This document shows, one piece after another, positions 14,501 through 28,266 of a DNA stretch of 64,000 nt (its first letter is position 1; every line of letters begins with the position of its first letter). This DNA comes from Bugula neritina. Lineage: Eukaryota; Animalia; Bryozoa. Made by a program: the position numbers and the translations under genes. The notes below the pieces were generated by a model. It was given only the letters and a program-made list of their open reading frames with translations, ran no database searches and was not told the DNA's origin. The stretch lies in the NCBI GenBank assembly GCA_964035545.1, contig OZ037768.1:12246741-12310740 (forward strand). The letters run 5' to 3'.

Positions 14501-15572
14501 ATTCGTTTCATTGTGTTTTCTGCAATAATCAAGTTCATACAAGCTTTTTGAGTTCCAACACAGGCACACAAATGTCAACTTGTCAGTATTAGACTCATTA
14601 TAAGATAAGTTTACTGTTCAATAAACTAGTATATCTACTTTTGATTCAACTACTTGTTATCTCTTGATGCATGTAAATCATGAAAGTATTTTAAGTATGT
14701 CTAGTTGTAGAGTGATAGTCTTGATGTGATGTTTTTTTAGTGTTTGTTGCACATGTGGATATTTGTAGCTGGTGATTTTGTGTTCATATTTTTATAGTAG
14801 TCTAAAAGTAAAGGTTTTAATTTAACTTACGTAATTTCTCTATAGTCAAAGCTAATTATTGTCATAAATGAATGTTGAGATATTGAAATAGTAATACAAT
14901 ACACTACTCCAGTTGTTTGAATCCCTAAATTTATACCCCTATTTAAATATCCAGCAATTTTCTTGTTATAAAATAGAGTATACACACCTTTATCTTATAA
15001 AATCTATTCTCAACTTTTAAAGGGAATGTTTCAAGCCTGCTATGTTTTCTCTAAACTATTTTTTATGTTATATTCTTGTGTTGGTGTCATACAGGTTCGG
15101 TCTAGGACTGAAGGTGTTGATGCCCTTGGCGCAAGAACTGCCCAGTCTTTAGGCTTTCTTACCAACTCTAAGAGATTTAATGTGACTGTAAGCAGAGCTC
15201 AGGCGCTGCTTATTGTTTGTGGAAATCCTCATATATTGTCACAGGTAATGCATTGCAAGGGTAGATTAATTAAAATAACATGCTTATATCCATCTCCAGT
15301 TTCTAAAATTTCAATTTTTATAATTTTGATGCCCTTTTTTGCTGAAAATTGCAAAATTGTGAAAAATTATGTACATGCTAAATTTATTTATCTACCATGG
15401 AAATCTATTTGGAGCTGTAATACACATATTTAGATAATGATGGTAAGACCATATATTCTACGATTGTTTATCTCGTTGCTAGGATACACACTGGAAGCAT
15501 CTCATAGACTACTGTGTGGAGAATAGTTGTTACATTGGAGTTCCTTACCAGCAAGATAACAGAGAGACCTAA
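2537..15572 (+). CDS. MOV10L1: MOV10L1/Armitage-like SF1 (UPF1-like) RNA helicase, C-terminal approximately 470 aa; 5' exons not identified in window
   Basis: Exons with GT-AG boundaries: 2537-2713, 2941-3050, 3405-3482, 11339-11494, 12013-12246, 12605-12775, 13572-13709, 14000-14110, 15095-15244, 15483-15572. They join in frame to give [93 protein letters not shown] and [24 protein letters not shown] and YQRDE..F favour MOV10L1 over MOV10. AATAAA at 15623-15628. Confidence 0.9.
4107..4190. repeat. Degenerate 20-bp tandem repeat, about 4 copies
   Basis: Units of the form ATAACACATAGTAATATTAT. Confidence 0.7.
4317..4526. mobile_element. Approximately 210-bp MITE with CACTGCTC terminal inverted repeats flanked by TA
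   Basis: ta|CACTGCTC...GAGCAGTG|ta. Weaker similarity extends to about 24 bp (tatctcac vs tatcgcac), and the interior is more GC-rich than the flanks. Confidence 0.55.
4550..4760. repeat. 30-bp minisatellite, about 7 copies
   Basis: Unit TTCATATATTAGTAATATGTATATTGGTAA. One more near-complete unit occurs at 7905-7930. Confidence 0.95.
4762..7904. mobile_element. Approximately 3.1-kb non-autonomous TIR DNA element, superfamily unassigned
   Basis: Left end TGTGACCAGTCGCGACAAAACCGGGGATGT; reverse complement of right end TGTGACCTGGCACCACAAAACAAGGGATGT (24/30 identical). Both ends are flanked by TATA. No transposase ORF is visible. Confidence 0.75.
8555..9810. repeat. 24-bp minisatellite, about 50 copies
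   Basis: Unit TATAGTATAGTATGTAACACAGTG, highly homogeneous, with occasional +5 (TATAG) and +2 (CA) variants. Confidence 0.98.
12778..13015. repeat. Degenerate (AGT/GGT)n low-complexity repeat
   Basis: Runs of gtagtagt, agtaact and agtactgg starting at an intron donor. Confidence 0.8.
14098..14335. repeat. 33-bp minisatellite, about 7 copies, spanning an exon end and splice donor
   Basis: Unit approximately TAGTTTCTACGGTGTGTTAGTTAATATATTGTA. The first copy overlaps the exon end at 14110 and the GT at 14111. Confidence 0.92.
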
Positions 15573-16121
15573 TGGCAACTCATTGATTCATCCTAGCAAA
15601 ATTCTGTTTTATGTTGTATAAAAATAAAAATTACCTTTCTTATTGTATCACAAGTATTATTTTATTGAAAGATTATGCATCTAAAGATAGTGTCTTCATA
15701 GTCTTGTAAAATGCCAACACACAATACAGGGGTATAAATGTGTGATGGTGGAAACTCCATCTTATTTAAAACAAGCAAATTCTGGAAAGTAAAGTCCTAG
15801 GTGCTAAGATTAGGCATTGAGCAAAGTTGTAATTTTTCAGCTTCTACTATAAGCATATGAAACAGTTATTGTATTAACATGATGTCACATGACCACCAAC
15901 AAACTCACCTAAAGGTGTGATGCTTTAGTATATTTTTGTTGTATTTCATAGAAAACTATAAATGTGATTGTATATAAGTATACAAAAATAGAATATAAAA
16001 TATTTTTAAATATCACAGTTCAAAGTACAAAAATCACAGAGACAAACATACAGCAACTCGAAATTCATTTTAATAATATAAAAGTAACACAAACTTTGTA
16101 TACAATAAAACCTGGACGCCA

Positions 16122-19100
16122 TCAAAACATCAAGTAACCGCCATTAGGAAGAACTTCTGGGTACTTCTTTGCTGGAAGAGGAGGTAAAGGAAGGAGAGCG
16201 GGAAGAGACTTGGTGATATAGACCGGTCGACCAGCCTTTGGGGGCAGAGGGTGAGGGCTTATCGGTCTCAGCAGAGATTTGCTGACATTGAGTGTCCTGG
16301 TCATACCTTTAGAATTTGCTGTGTGTCCAGAAAACACCTTATGACCAATAGCTCTCACCAAATCACGAGAATGTTTCAAACTGTAGGCTGCAATATAAAT
16401 ATGTGTGTACACAACATCGGTACTAACTGGTAGAGCAGGAAATCCATATAAGGGTTAATCATATGCATGTGTTTTACCCATAAATATGAAAAATAAATGT
16501 TTGAATGTATTTTTATACAATAAATGAGCACGTTATTCAAGTAGGAAAGCTTGAACGCACCAGATTTTGCATAAATTCACCGATACGTGGCAATCACTAT
16601 ACAATATTTGCTAACTGAGAAAAGTACCTTTGAGTCTTGTCACAATTTCATCTGTGAAGAATCCACTTTCGATCCATTCATCAAAATCATTGATGTAGTC
16701 TAGGGCGGTCAATCCTAAGTTCAAACAGATAGATATTATTGAATAAGTATAGCAAAAGGTTACAATAGTATCAGTATGACAACTCCTAAATCCTTATTTA
16801 TCTCCGCTTTGTTTGGTCCGGGTAGTGGACAACTCTTAAATATTTGCATAAATACTAAAATATTGAGTGCTTTTACTAGTTACAATTTAGCTACCTAACA
16901 ATGTGAACAAATCATTATATAACTAGAAAATTACAACCAAGTTATCTCAAATGGTCATAGTGATTATCGGGTGGAACGGGCAACACAATGAGTACTTTGA
17001 TAAACATTTTTATAGGGCATAAAAGTTTATAGTAGTTTATAGACTATAATTGTACTACACACAGTATTTTCGATCACAGCATAAAACACAATTATTTTAG
17101 TTGCTTGTTTTATTGGAATAAAATATTGCCCAGACAGACTTTCTTTAAATATTGTGCAAAAGCTTAGTTCACATATCTAATGAAAAGCAACTTATCAATA
17201 ACAAAATCGTACTACTTTACTTAATATTTCAACAATATATTATATTTCATATATCCCAGTACTTTCTTTGTTTTGGTAAGACTGTAGATATTTGCAATAA
17301 GCTGAAATTATGCAAATATAGCAAATTTAAAACTAATGCTTTCAAGAAATAAAAAAATGTCAACGTCAACTTGAAAAGCTATACTACAAAATGAAGTTAA
17401 TTTTTCTTGCTAAAACATGTGATGTGTCGCCTTACCTTTATTATTTTTCATCCTGTAATCAGCACCTCTTGCAAGTAAAATACTAGCTGAGAACATGTTG
17501 TTAGCTTGGCAGCCGAAGAACAAAGGTGTACTATATTCAGAGTTGGGGGCGTTTATGTCGGCCCCGTGACTGAGCAATAGTTCCAGCACGTCTGTAGTCC
17601 CAGGCATCATTGCAGCAAAATGTAAAGCTCTAAAAAGGTAAACTTTCAAAATCAATCACGATCAACTACAACACGTAGAGTTCCTTCACATAACAAAATA
17701 ACATTTTAGAGTTAGTTTTTTTTTAAATATCGTGAGACAATTTTTGGATAACCAATGTGATGTGCTAGAGTTAGTACAAACTTTGCTCAGTAACAATTAC
17801 TATGTTATTCCAGCTGCAATATTTAGTTGCAAGAACATATTTAATTATAACTATGAATGAATATTACATATACAATATTACATATACAATATTACATATA
17901 CAATATTACATATACAATATTACATGTACAATATTACATATGCAATATTACATGTACAGAGGGGAATTTGTAAAAGAAAGAAAAATTGAGAACACTGAAA
18001 AAAAACAAGGTTGAGGAAGATAGGCATAGTCAACATGTTGAAGTTATGAGGGGGGAGAGGAGGAGAAGGGTGGCGCCTTACAGTATATGTATTATTAAAT
18101 GTATCTAATTTTAATCATATTTACTTGAGGAAAAAAACTTAACACACAAAAATGACATATAAATATATTCTAAACCTAGCAAGACCAAATTTGCAACCAA
18201 AGATGCAAGCTAAAATGACAAATCGTGTAAGATTTGTCTAAAAATCCTACGAAATATCTTAAAGTAAATGATATCCATCAACTGCTTTTTTCTGTTGATA
18301 ACGTAGCACTGCTCAACATCATACTGTGATCATGGCCAACTACAGATTCCATACATACAGCTGTTTAAACAGATGTACTGCCTCTAAGCTAACTTCTATT
18401 ACCAGATTCAAAACTGCTGATACAGAATCGAAAAACAATATAACATCGGTTCTTCATAATACAGTGAGTGAACAAAAAGGGAAAGGATATTCACACCGGC
18501 ACTTTGACTACATAATCTACTATATATATGTACTACTCACATTGGATATATAAACTGGTGTCATCACAAACTGTAGTTTTATTAATTTTCAAAATATCAC
18601 TAAACAATGAAAATAAAGCTGTAAGTCTGCGGTTTTGAAAAAAAAAGGTTTATTGCTTACGTGTTTCCGCCTGGAAAAGTTGGATTCACTGTGGCTCCAC
18701 ATTCAAAGAGAAATGCTAAGACCGCAGCTTGCTCATTACTGAAACCATAGACATACTCATTAGAAGCATCTTGTCACAGTGAGTGGGGAAATGTGATATA
18801 AAATGAAGCTGACTAGTGTACTTATAGTATCACAGAAACTGCACTACCCACTCCAACACTTGGTTCAATACCTTTTAATAGTTTCTGTAAGAACTTTCTC
18901 CACTAAGAAATCAGCTTCAGTGTCTTTGAGTAAAAAATTTCTTTCAGCCAACCTATAAAATACAGCATAAACTATGCAGCTGACCTATACTTGGTGACAC
19001 AGTAACAATGAAAAACACTAGAGAAACTAGTTTAATACATGCTTTAGGTTAATGGTTTGCTACGGGATGAGTGAAGAGATCTAGACTAACCACTTAGCAC

Positions 19101-22100
19101 AGGCCAGGTGGTCATTAGCTATAGCGAGGTGAATCAGACTGGGGGGTGTAGATTCCTCCTCTTTCTCTAAAGCTTCACGGATTTCCTTATCTCCGTGTTT
19201 CAGCAACAGCTCCAGAGCATCTATTCTACCTTGCATGGCGCAACAGTGAGCTGGCATTAATTTCTACAACACAAAAATAATACAAGATTAAAAAATGAAA
19301 ATTTGCAAAATGAAAACCCTACATACTCTAAATACACAAGTGAAGTCTAGAAAATCATGAGTTGTTATAACAGCTGATGAAGTGCTGACAGATCTAGTCA
19401 ATAAAACCAGGTTTAGTGTCAAAAACAATTAATGATGGTGAAATTGATTTGAACAAAATATTTTTATATTTCATGTTTTTATCATTTGGATCACAGTTTA
19501 GAGACGCAACAGTTTCAAACTTAATATGTGTAAGTATGTCAATTCCCTCTTGTAAAGTTATAGTGGCATGCATGTCTCATCTGATAAACAAAGGATATTA
19601 CTAAACTGCAGCCAACATTTAAATACTCGTAAATAAATAAATCTAACTGCAGGCATACCCGATGATTTCGTGCCACAAGCCTTGCTCGGTCTTTGATCAA
19701 CATTTCGATACAGTCAATTTCCGAGGGTTTGTTTGTTTCACCAAAGCATTTAACATGAAGAGGAGAATTTCCTTCATCGTCAGAGATATTTACCAGAGCT
19801 CCAGTATCAATCAAAGCCTGTAAGAAATGCATTCGCTGAGTTTACAAAAACAGCTTGTGAATGCAGCACATTACATGAGCATATAATTGAAAATTATTTA
19901 AATTTTAACAGCATGCATGATTCAAAGAGCTGTTAAAGTTTAAGCAAAAGCCTAAAAAATCAGATTACCAAGTAATAATAATTAGTAGCATTATTATATT
20001 CACTATCATAGTTTTTATAATAATAATGGATCCAGAAGCTAAAGAAACAGAAAACAACTAATATAGCACTGGAAATCATGCATAGTTTGCTCAAAATCTC
20101 TAGTCATTCTAATAAATACATTATTTTCACCATAACCCATAGCATTTTATTTTAGAAAATATTGATCTACATATTAATTACTGAATCATCTAATGCTATT
20201 GGCTCTACATACAGTGCTTGCCTTTGCTAATATAAAGAGATAATATTCTTATCACAGCTTTATCAGATGTCATAAGCTGATCAAGGACAATGCATACCTT
20301 CATACACTCGGAGTTGCGAACTCGGTGAAGGGCTGTAGCTCCTTTATAGTCTGTCAAGTTAACATCAACTTTATGGCTGAGGAGGGATTTCACCAGAGGT
20401 ACAGAACCAAAATAGGCAGCGGTGTGAAGAAGAGTGCTGCCATTAATACATCTAAAATAAAATATAACACAAACAATGAACTACCAAATAATTGGTGCCA
20501 TGACTCATAACCCGAATCACTCTCATTTTAGAACTACAGCTCTGAAGTCGTGACCAGCTTCAATAAAAGAACGACGAAAAACTCTGATGAGTAAATAAAT
20601 ATGAGAGAAAATTAAAAATAAATATATTGAACACAACAGGAACTATAACCACAACCATAATGAACCAAACTTTAATATTTACTATATTCACTATATGTTA
20701 TAGCTTACAGTTGAGTCATAATCAACACAAAATCATCAAAAATAATATTGAGAATGAATTTACCTGCTTCTAAGAGTGCAAAGAGGTTGCAGGCCACTAA
20801 CATGCTCTTTAATCATCAGCTTCAAGGTCTCTGAATCTCCATCAGTAATCTTGGGCACCAGAGATGCAAATCTCTCATACTTATTAGTCAAATGATCACG
20901 GAAATCGTCATTCTTTATGGATTCAAAGGCTGTCGTACCTCGTACACTCCTTATGTTTACATCACAACCCCACTCTATCAGCAACTAGAAAAAAACATTA
21001 TACAGAATATTTGTTGTATAAATGATATACAGAACACATATGATAAAAGCAACATGCCTTTAGCAGAAGGGGGGAAGGGGGTTGAAACTTTACAGTATTT
21101 ATAAGATTATCAGTGCGCAGTGAGCCCTTATCCACTGTACTACCAGAGTTCACAGAAGGCATGTCATTTCTTATATCGCACTAACAGGTAGCCTAAACTA
21201 TGTACATGCATGTGATATACGCTACTTCAAATAATAATACAAGTCACCATCATGATGGTCAGCAATCCATTAATATGTGCCAAGAAAAATGTGAGGAAAA
21301 AATGTAACTATTTATGTAGAATCACTGCCAGCGTATCATAGTTAAGCTCAATATATTTGACAAATGTTCAACTCTATCTACAGAAAAGCTGGTGGAGCAC
21401 AACTGTTCTAAAATACAATATCAATTATGATACTCCATCCTCAAATTTCTTTTCTAGAAAGATCTAACAAGCAGGACTTACATTACATATCTTCCTTTGC
21501 ATGCCTTCAACTGCTGAGAAGAGTGGTGTTTGGCGATAGTTGTTTCGAGCATTGATATTGGCGCCGTGTTCAAGCAGAAAGAGAGCAATACTCTGTTAAG
21601 AAAAACCTCCATAGGTTACACAATACATTTGAGCAACAAGGCAGCAAGGTGACCACATTACTTTACAACTACATGATAATATCTGATGACTTTGCCTGCA
21701 ATCATCAGCAATGCATAAATAGAATTTGAGGTATTACTATATTACTGAAAAAACTGTAAATATTTTATCACCATTTCAATTAAAGACCAGTTTTGTAAAA
21801 TATAATTTCAAAATATTAAGCAATTATTCTATTTCATAGTGGCTTTAAATTAATTCCTAGAAATTTTATATGAAAATTTGCTAAGGTGTCATAAAGACAT
21901 CAAAATATTATTTTTGTGATCAAATATAGAACAATAGTTTTATATTTTATTAAAAGAAACATAATAGCAGTCAAGAATAAACAAGGCTTACTTTACTCCA
22001 TACCTTGAAATACATGTTTTAACAATCACAATGTCATAATATGTCGACTTACGTAGCAGCCAAGTTTACAAGCGCAGTGCAGAGCCGTATTTCCTGTACT

Positions 22101-25100
22101 CGATTCAGTGGCGTTGATGAAGGAAAGCTGAGTTTTGAAGAAGGTAATCATGTTCTTTACGGTGTCCACTTCATTTTCCTTAATTGACTTGAGGCACTGC
22201 CGATGCCAGCCAATATGGTTGCCAGGAAACACCTGATACAACATTATGGCTCCACTTTTCAAAACTTTGTTGCGGGACGGTGCCTCAAAGAAGAACTGTG
22301 GAACAGGAAATACAACAGCTATACGAACACAGACAGGGACATATTTTACCATTCTTCATTGAGAAACTTGGTGGCATAAAATCACCAAATTAAAATTTTT
22401 AATACAAGAAGATATGAGAAAAAGTAATTAAATCATACTGAACTCTTTTTTATAATATATTTTGTAGGTAAACCATAGTGCTAATACTAGTACATATATT
22501 ATTAGATGTTGAATTATAAATTTAAATGAATATAAGAATTCTTACATCATATTGAGGGAAATCTGCAGGTACCACATCAACTACATCAAATAGCCTGAGG
22601 CCAAGAATCTTTCTTATTGGCTCTAAAAAACAACTTGACAATTAATTTGATTGTCTCAAAGACATAGATTTTGCAACATTTAATAGCATTAACAATGTTT
22701 TGATTAAAAATCCTCGCAATTACTAGGTTAGTAAACATTCATGATTCAAAAAGATGCACTAGCTTGTTACTCCGCCAACCTTTATTTCTTGCTGTGAAAT
22801 CGTCGATATACTCTTGTGTCTCCTTATTTCTCAGCACTATCTTCCTGTACTCAGAGCACGGCTCTTTGTCGGTACTCAAGTAAAAAGCTGTTCCACTAGT
22901 GAGACTCTGTAGTAACCGTTGGTAACACATCACTTATATATTGCATAATGTGAGGCAAGACATTGTAAATAACCAGCCTTATATGAGTAACAACAACTGG
23001 AGAAAATACCATTTCAAGAGTTTTGAAAACTCACAAAAACAGTGTGTAAGTTTGGTTATAGTTTAGCTTAAAGGTTTGAAACGTGGAAACCGCATGTGTG
23101 TGTGTGCGTGCGTGCGTACGTGCGTGTGTACAAACAAATGTAATCCCAAACTCCAGTTTCCCATTCGTTGTTTAACGTACAAAATATGTTACCACACAAG
23201 ACTTTAGAGAAAGAAATTATTAACTCACCAAGTTTATATTCATGGCCAAAGACAAGTCATTGATGCTTATGGATCTTGGAACTTCAACAGTATCAAACCT
23301 CTTTGCTATTTTACTTCGAATGGATTTATGAACCTGTAAGTATAAAGTTCTACAGCGTTGGAAGTTAGCAGAAAGGCTAACAAACACGCGTATGTTGCGT
23401 GTATTATATGGAGTTGCTGGATCATACTTAGTACAACAATTAAATATTTTACAAAACTAAAAATACAAATAATATGTAAGAAATACCTCTCTCTGAGTCA
23501 AGATAACATGGTCCACCCAGTTCCTGCAGTGAGCCACATCAAACTTCCCTTCAATTGTCGCTATTTCTGAACACAAAAATGTAAAGATGCATAATGGAAT
23601 ATAGAAAAGGCTTACACTACGTTATATTTTACATAGTTTTAGCTTAAAATTAAACTGCGGTCAGTCAATTTAGGATGTTCCAAAATTGGACAAACCCCAA
23701 TGTCTCTGGGCAAAAGCAAGCCGGAGAAAGTATAGCATAACTTACTTAATGATAATACCTAAGATAATTCCTACATATTTTTGCAGGTAGGAATAAGTTA
23801 TTTATGACATAATATACTAGTTCAACAAAGCCAGCAGGTTATGCTGATGATCTCATCAGTTTAGATTACTAACCAGCCTTGAGCTTGTCTATCTTCTGTT
23901 GCAGTTCATTGTGCTGTCTCTGCTGAATAGAGTCTTCAGTCTTGGGTGGGATTTGACTCAGTTCATGATCACACTCTCTGATCATCTGATGGATAGAATC
24001 CTACAGTTACAATTACCATATATTTATTAATTACATCAAGAATCAAACATGCATAGGGAAAGCTTTTTCATCGTTCTTAAAATATAAAATCCATTTGTGT
24101 CAATATAGATATAATTTGATTCAATTTTGGTGAAATTGTTTACATTATTGTGCCCTTCATTTATGATAAAAATACCATTTTGGAAGGATAACTGCATTTA
24201 TTATCATTTCTTTTCTATTTCGAGCAATAAGTGGTAAAATGGTTCTAGTGAAGAGACAGAAACTTTCCTGTAAAGAGTGATACAAAAATTTAACCTCCCT
24301 GCCCTTCTACTGACTGGCTGACACAAATTTTGCAGTAAACCTGATATGAGTGGGTCATATTATCCCAGCTGTATAGGCTAAACTTTAAATTACCCTCTGA
24401 GTTTATGTTACAGTACAAAAGTATAACACAAAGTTTATGAATTTGATCATTTAAATCTTCAAAAGAAATAACTTCTCTGTACTTATGTTTCAGCAAATAA
24501 GATATACAATTATTTAGTGGTATGGCTGACTACTGATAGAATGTAGAGCTTGCTTGACTAAACTATGTAGGAAAATAGAGAGTTAAAAGGTTAAATTACA
24601 ATTCGGTCAGCAACAGATTTTGCTTGTCTGTACTTGTACGCAATCATGAAAAAGTAGCAGAAATAAGCGCACACAGCCATGGGGTCTCCTTCAACCAAAT
24701 CCGCTGATGTAAATGATGACTCGCCGTGAAACATTTTGTTAATAGTGTCCAGACAGATATTAATTGTCCACCTGCAACAACCAAACATACTCTATAATAA
24801 ATTTGTTTAACTTATTTAATGGAGACGCGTGCATTTTTCAAGTTTAGTTGTTTTGAGGTCAATTGACCAAATTGTTTTCAATCACCTGTTGTCATTAAGT
24901 GATAATGTTATTAAATTGGTGAAAGAGAAATACCAATCAAGTGTAGTATTACAAAGGCCATAGTTATATCACTAGAGACAATTACATGTCAACATTTAAA
25001 GAATAAAATGATTGACTAAAACATACCACAATAATCCTGCCACATAAACATACACTTGAAAAATTTATTAAATGTTTATTGCAATACAATTAAAAACAAT

Positions 25101-28100
25101 CTTATATGTTCACCTGTCATTTGGAAGCACTTCAGAAGTGAATGTAAATGGTACAAAAGAGTTGACAAGACAACAGAGAACTCTGTGATCTGCCATGTCT
25201 TCAACCCTCACAACAGACAACTTCTGTCCTTCTTGCGTTTTCTGCATAACCAATAAGAATGAGTTGAGTATTGAACCTGTGGCTTGAGCTATCTAATTCT
25301 ATCCCCAAGATCAAGCAAATTGTGTAAGATTTATTCAACGCTTAAATTATAAACTTTGTATACATCAAATTTGAAAAACTGGTAATGAACTTAAAAATAC
25401 ACAGTATAAAGTATAAAGTATAAACAATATGATGTTAAAATAATAGCTACATAATACAATTTAGAAATGAAAAAAATACTTCATCTCAGCTGTATGAAAA
25501 TCTTACATTAGCTCGAAAAGAAATTAAAATTTAAAGTAATATAACATTTAACTCAACTGAAGTTTAACTGCCAAGCCCTAATGAGCAGTGCAATGTCTGC
25601 TGGCTGCTTATCTTACACTGTCAATAGACTTGTTCAACTAAAAGATGCTACTTTACTTAAAAAATAGAGAAATATTGCAAACCTTAAGGTGGGCATTGAT
25701 CAGTTCAAGGATGCACTCATCAGCTTTTGGATATTTAGCTTTATCTGGTAACTTATTCTTATAGCTTTTGAACAAGTCACTGTCTGGCCAAACAACAGCC
25801 ACAGAGGAAGACTAAAAAGAATGTTCCAGATGTATTAGAAATATGGAGACTTCTTCACTCAACAAAAAAACTTCAATGTTTAAGCTTTTATTCAAGTATT
25901 TAAAAAAAACAAACAAACGTATAGTTATTAGAATAAACATTAACATTTAACCAAAAGGAAACAAGAAAAAATGATTTCCGGATTCTCCTACTGAGCATAA
26001 ACCAAACAACCTTAAGATAACCAAAAAGAAGCAAAGTGGGAAGTACAAAATATAAATAAGTGTTCAATAATATATAAATGAGCAGGCAAGTATAATTCCA
26101 ACCTTTAGACTCTAAATGATGGCTGCAAAAGTTATAATTACACATTACAATAACATAAGCAAGTTAACAAAATATTATGCCACAATACATGATATTATTA
26201 AGAATGAATAATTTATTATATTGCATACATTTATTGAAACTGTATGTTAGAACCAATCTCATCATTTAGGTTTCAAGAATTATATAATACATAATATCAT
26301 ACAGAATGTATAGCTTATGCAAATAATTCAGAACAACATTGAGACAAACTAACAAATATTTATATTCTTACTGATCGTGGCTGTGGACTAGAAGACGCTG
26401 ATCCACCTCCAAATCCAGCCAATAAAGAAGTATCTGCTTTTTTCTTAGATTTGCCAGACTTTCCTTTGATTTTATTTGGAATCCACTAAAAATTAATTAA
26501 TGAAGTCGTCAAGTATAATGGCAACTTTTGGTGAGTGAAAACTTATACTTATTATTGTCATGTTCACCTTATTTGCATATCTTACCTTGAATGGGGCTTG
26601 CACCAACACAGCAGGATTATTATGCTGAAGATATTCTGCTCTTTCCCACACAAACCAAATATCGTGGCAGACTAAACGCCAAAGCAGATCGAATACCTGA
26701 ACGACAAATGGATAATACATAATATTGCTAACGTCACAAATTTCAAGAGCTAGTAAATTTCTCAATTGGTACTAAAGTTCAAATATATGAAATATTTTCA
26801 TGTTTATATTTATAACATTATACTCACATGATCAGCACTGCGCATTGCAAATAGCCTTGCATCTACAAATGTGTCTGGGGGTATGACGTTGCTGTAAAAA
26901 AGCATTAATTGTAAATATGCATCCAAATAAATCTTAGTGAAACTAAATTATCTACAACATTCTTGAAGTATCCTTTGTTTAAAAAAAATAATTGCTGTAT
27001 CTAATAGTCTATGACTCTATGTCCTTTGTGGAGGCATTATGTTAAACTGTGTAAGGCTTACTTCCTAATTACAAACATATTACTTGTAAGGGTTTCTTTT
27101 TGATTAGAAACAAAACATGTATATTTAAAGCAATTAGCGTAAAAAAATTCAGTGTAAAAGCTAAGTGCATACTAGAAAAATTCTTATAGATAAAACTAGT
27201 ATATACAAAGCTAAATAAGTGATACTAAGCTAAATTTTGACTACAATTATGTATTATCCAAAACAGTAGTAGAAGCCATTTGTAGCTGAGAATAGAGAAA
27301 TGCAAGGATTATAAGTTTTAAGCAAAACATATACATTCTAATGTTTTGGGTAATTGTGACAGCAAATTTTTTCTCAATATAACTTGTCTAACTTGTATCT
27401 GAGTGACCAACAATTGAAGTTACTTAATATGATAACTCACAAAATGCATAAATATTAATATTTTTGGTTAGATGGGTAAACTGAAAGCTATGTTATGTGA
27501 CTTTATATTTTTAAACATTTCAAATGATATAGCTTCACCTGAAGACTATGCAGTGTAGCCTTTTGATAAAAGGTTAACGAGGACACTTACAACTAACAGA
27601 TGACAAAACTTTACATGCAGCTTAGACTGAGTATTTTGTGCCAAACTATAAACCAGTTAAATGTTATAAAACACCTTTACAGATATTCACTAAAAGTATG
27701 AATTTATTTTCACCAACATAATACAGAGATTACTTGCCATTGCTTTAACTCTCGCACAATCCATTCTGCCCTAGTAACTTTTTGTTGCTGTGTTAGACTA
27801 CAACATAAATCAATGCATGAGTACTTTTTAAAACTTTGAGAAGACAACATATGAGGATTAAACTATGCTGATTAAGTTGTGCTAAATTTATTATTAAAAT
27901 TATTGGTCTAAGTACTAATCAAAAGTAAGTTTTGAAAACTATTATTAGTGTTAGACATATGGCTGCATGAGTGCTTAACTTACCCTTCTAAAGACTGGAC
28001 ATTTGAAATATCTCTGCCAGTCATACTCTCGACCAGTGTCTTCAAATTAGTACCACTCATTAAATCTAGCATAACATTGCTGAGGGATACGTTGTACTCT

Positions 28101-28156
28101 CTCAATCGCAAATTAATCCAGGCAGTAAAGCCATTGACACGGGTTCGCAAAGACAT
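16122..28156 (-). CDS. Uncharacterised approximately 1077-aa protein: two N-terminal calponin-homology-like domains, coiled coil and many ankyrin repeats (24 coding exons)
   Basis: Exons in plus-strand coordinates, listed 5' to 3': 27984-28156, 27738-27797, 26828-26891, 26586-26696, 26372-26485, 25683-25811, 25114-25241, 24600-24771, 23874-24000, 23487-23566, 23229-23333, 22780-22906, 22546-22622, 22053-22295, 21482-21592, 20764-20984, 20298-20451, 19659-19817, 19091-19263, 18872-18952, 18661-18738, 17436-17629, 16628-16714, 16122-16387. They total 3234 nt in one frame. CH-like motifs: FTAWINLRL...DLMSGTNLKTLVE...VFDLLWRLV and ILELINAHL...VEDMADHRVLCCLVN. Ankyrin motifs: GNTALHCAC, QTPLFSAV, GATALH, GNSPLH, STPLFFGC. 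Confidence 0.88.
17861..17958. repeat. 14-bp tandem repeat, about 7 copies
   Basis: Unit ATATTACATATACA. Confidence 0.9.
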
Positions 28157-28210
28157 GGATATGCCTGTAAAAAATTATTCTTCAAAACATAATAATAATA
28201 CATAAAAAAT

Positions 28211-28266
28211 TCCCCCTCCACTGAGATTCGAACCTGAGACCTTCGGCTTGCAAGCAAGATGACTAC
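28211..28266 (-). mobile_element. tRNA-derived fragment (probable SINE head or tRNA pseudogene 3' half)
   Basis: Reverse complement reads ...CTTGCAAGCCGAAGGTCTCAGGTTCGAATCTCAGTGGAGGGGGA, with a B-box-like GGTTCGAATC and a T-arm-like context. There is no intact 5' half or acceptor stem. Confidence 0.5.

Noticed and set aside
28211-28266. Functional tRNA gene
   Set aside because: Only a B-box/T-arm-like half is present; no A-box, D-arm or acceptor-stem pairing.
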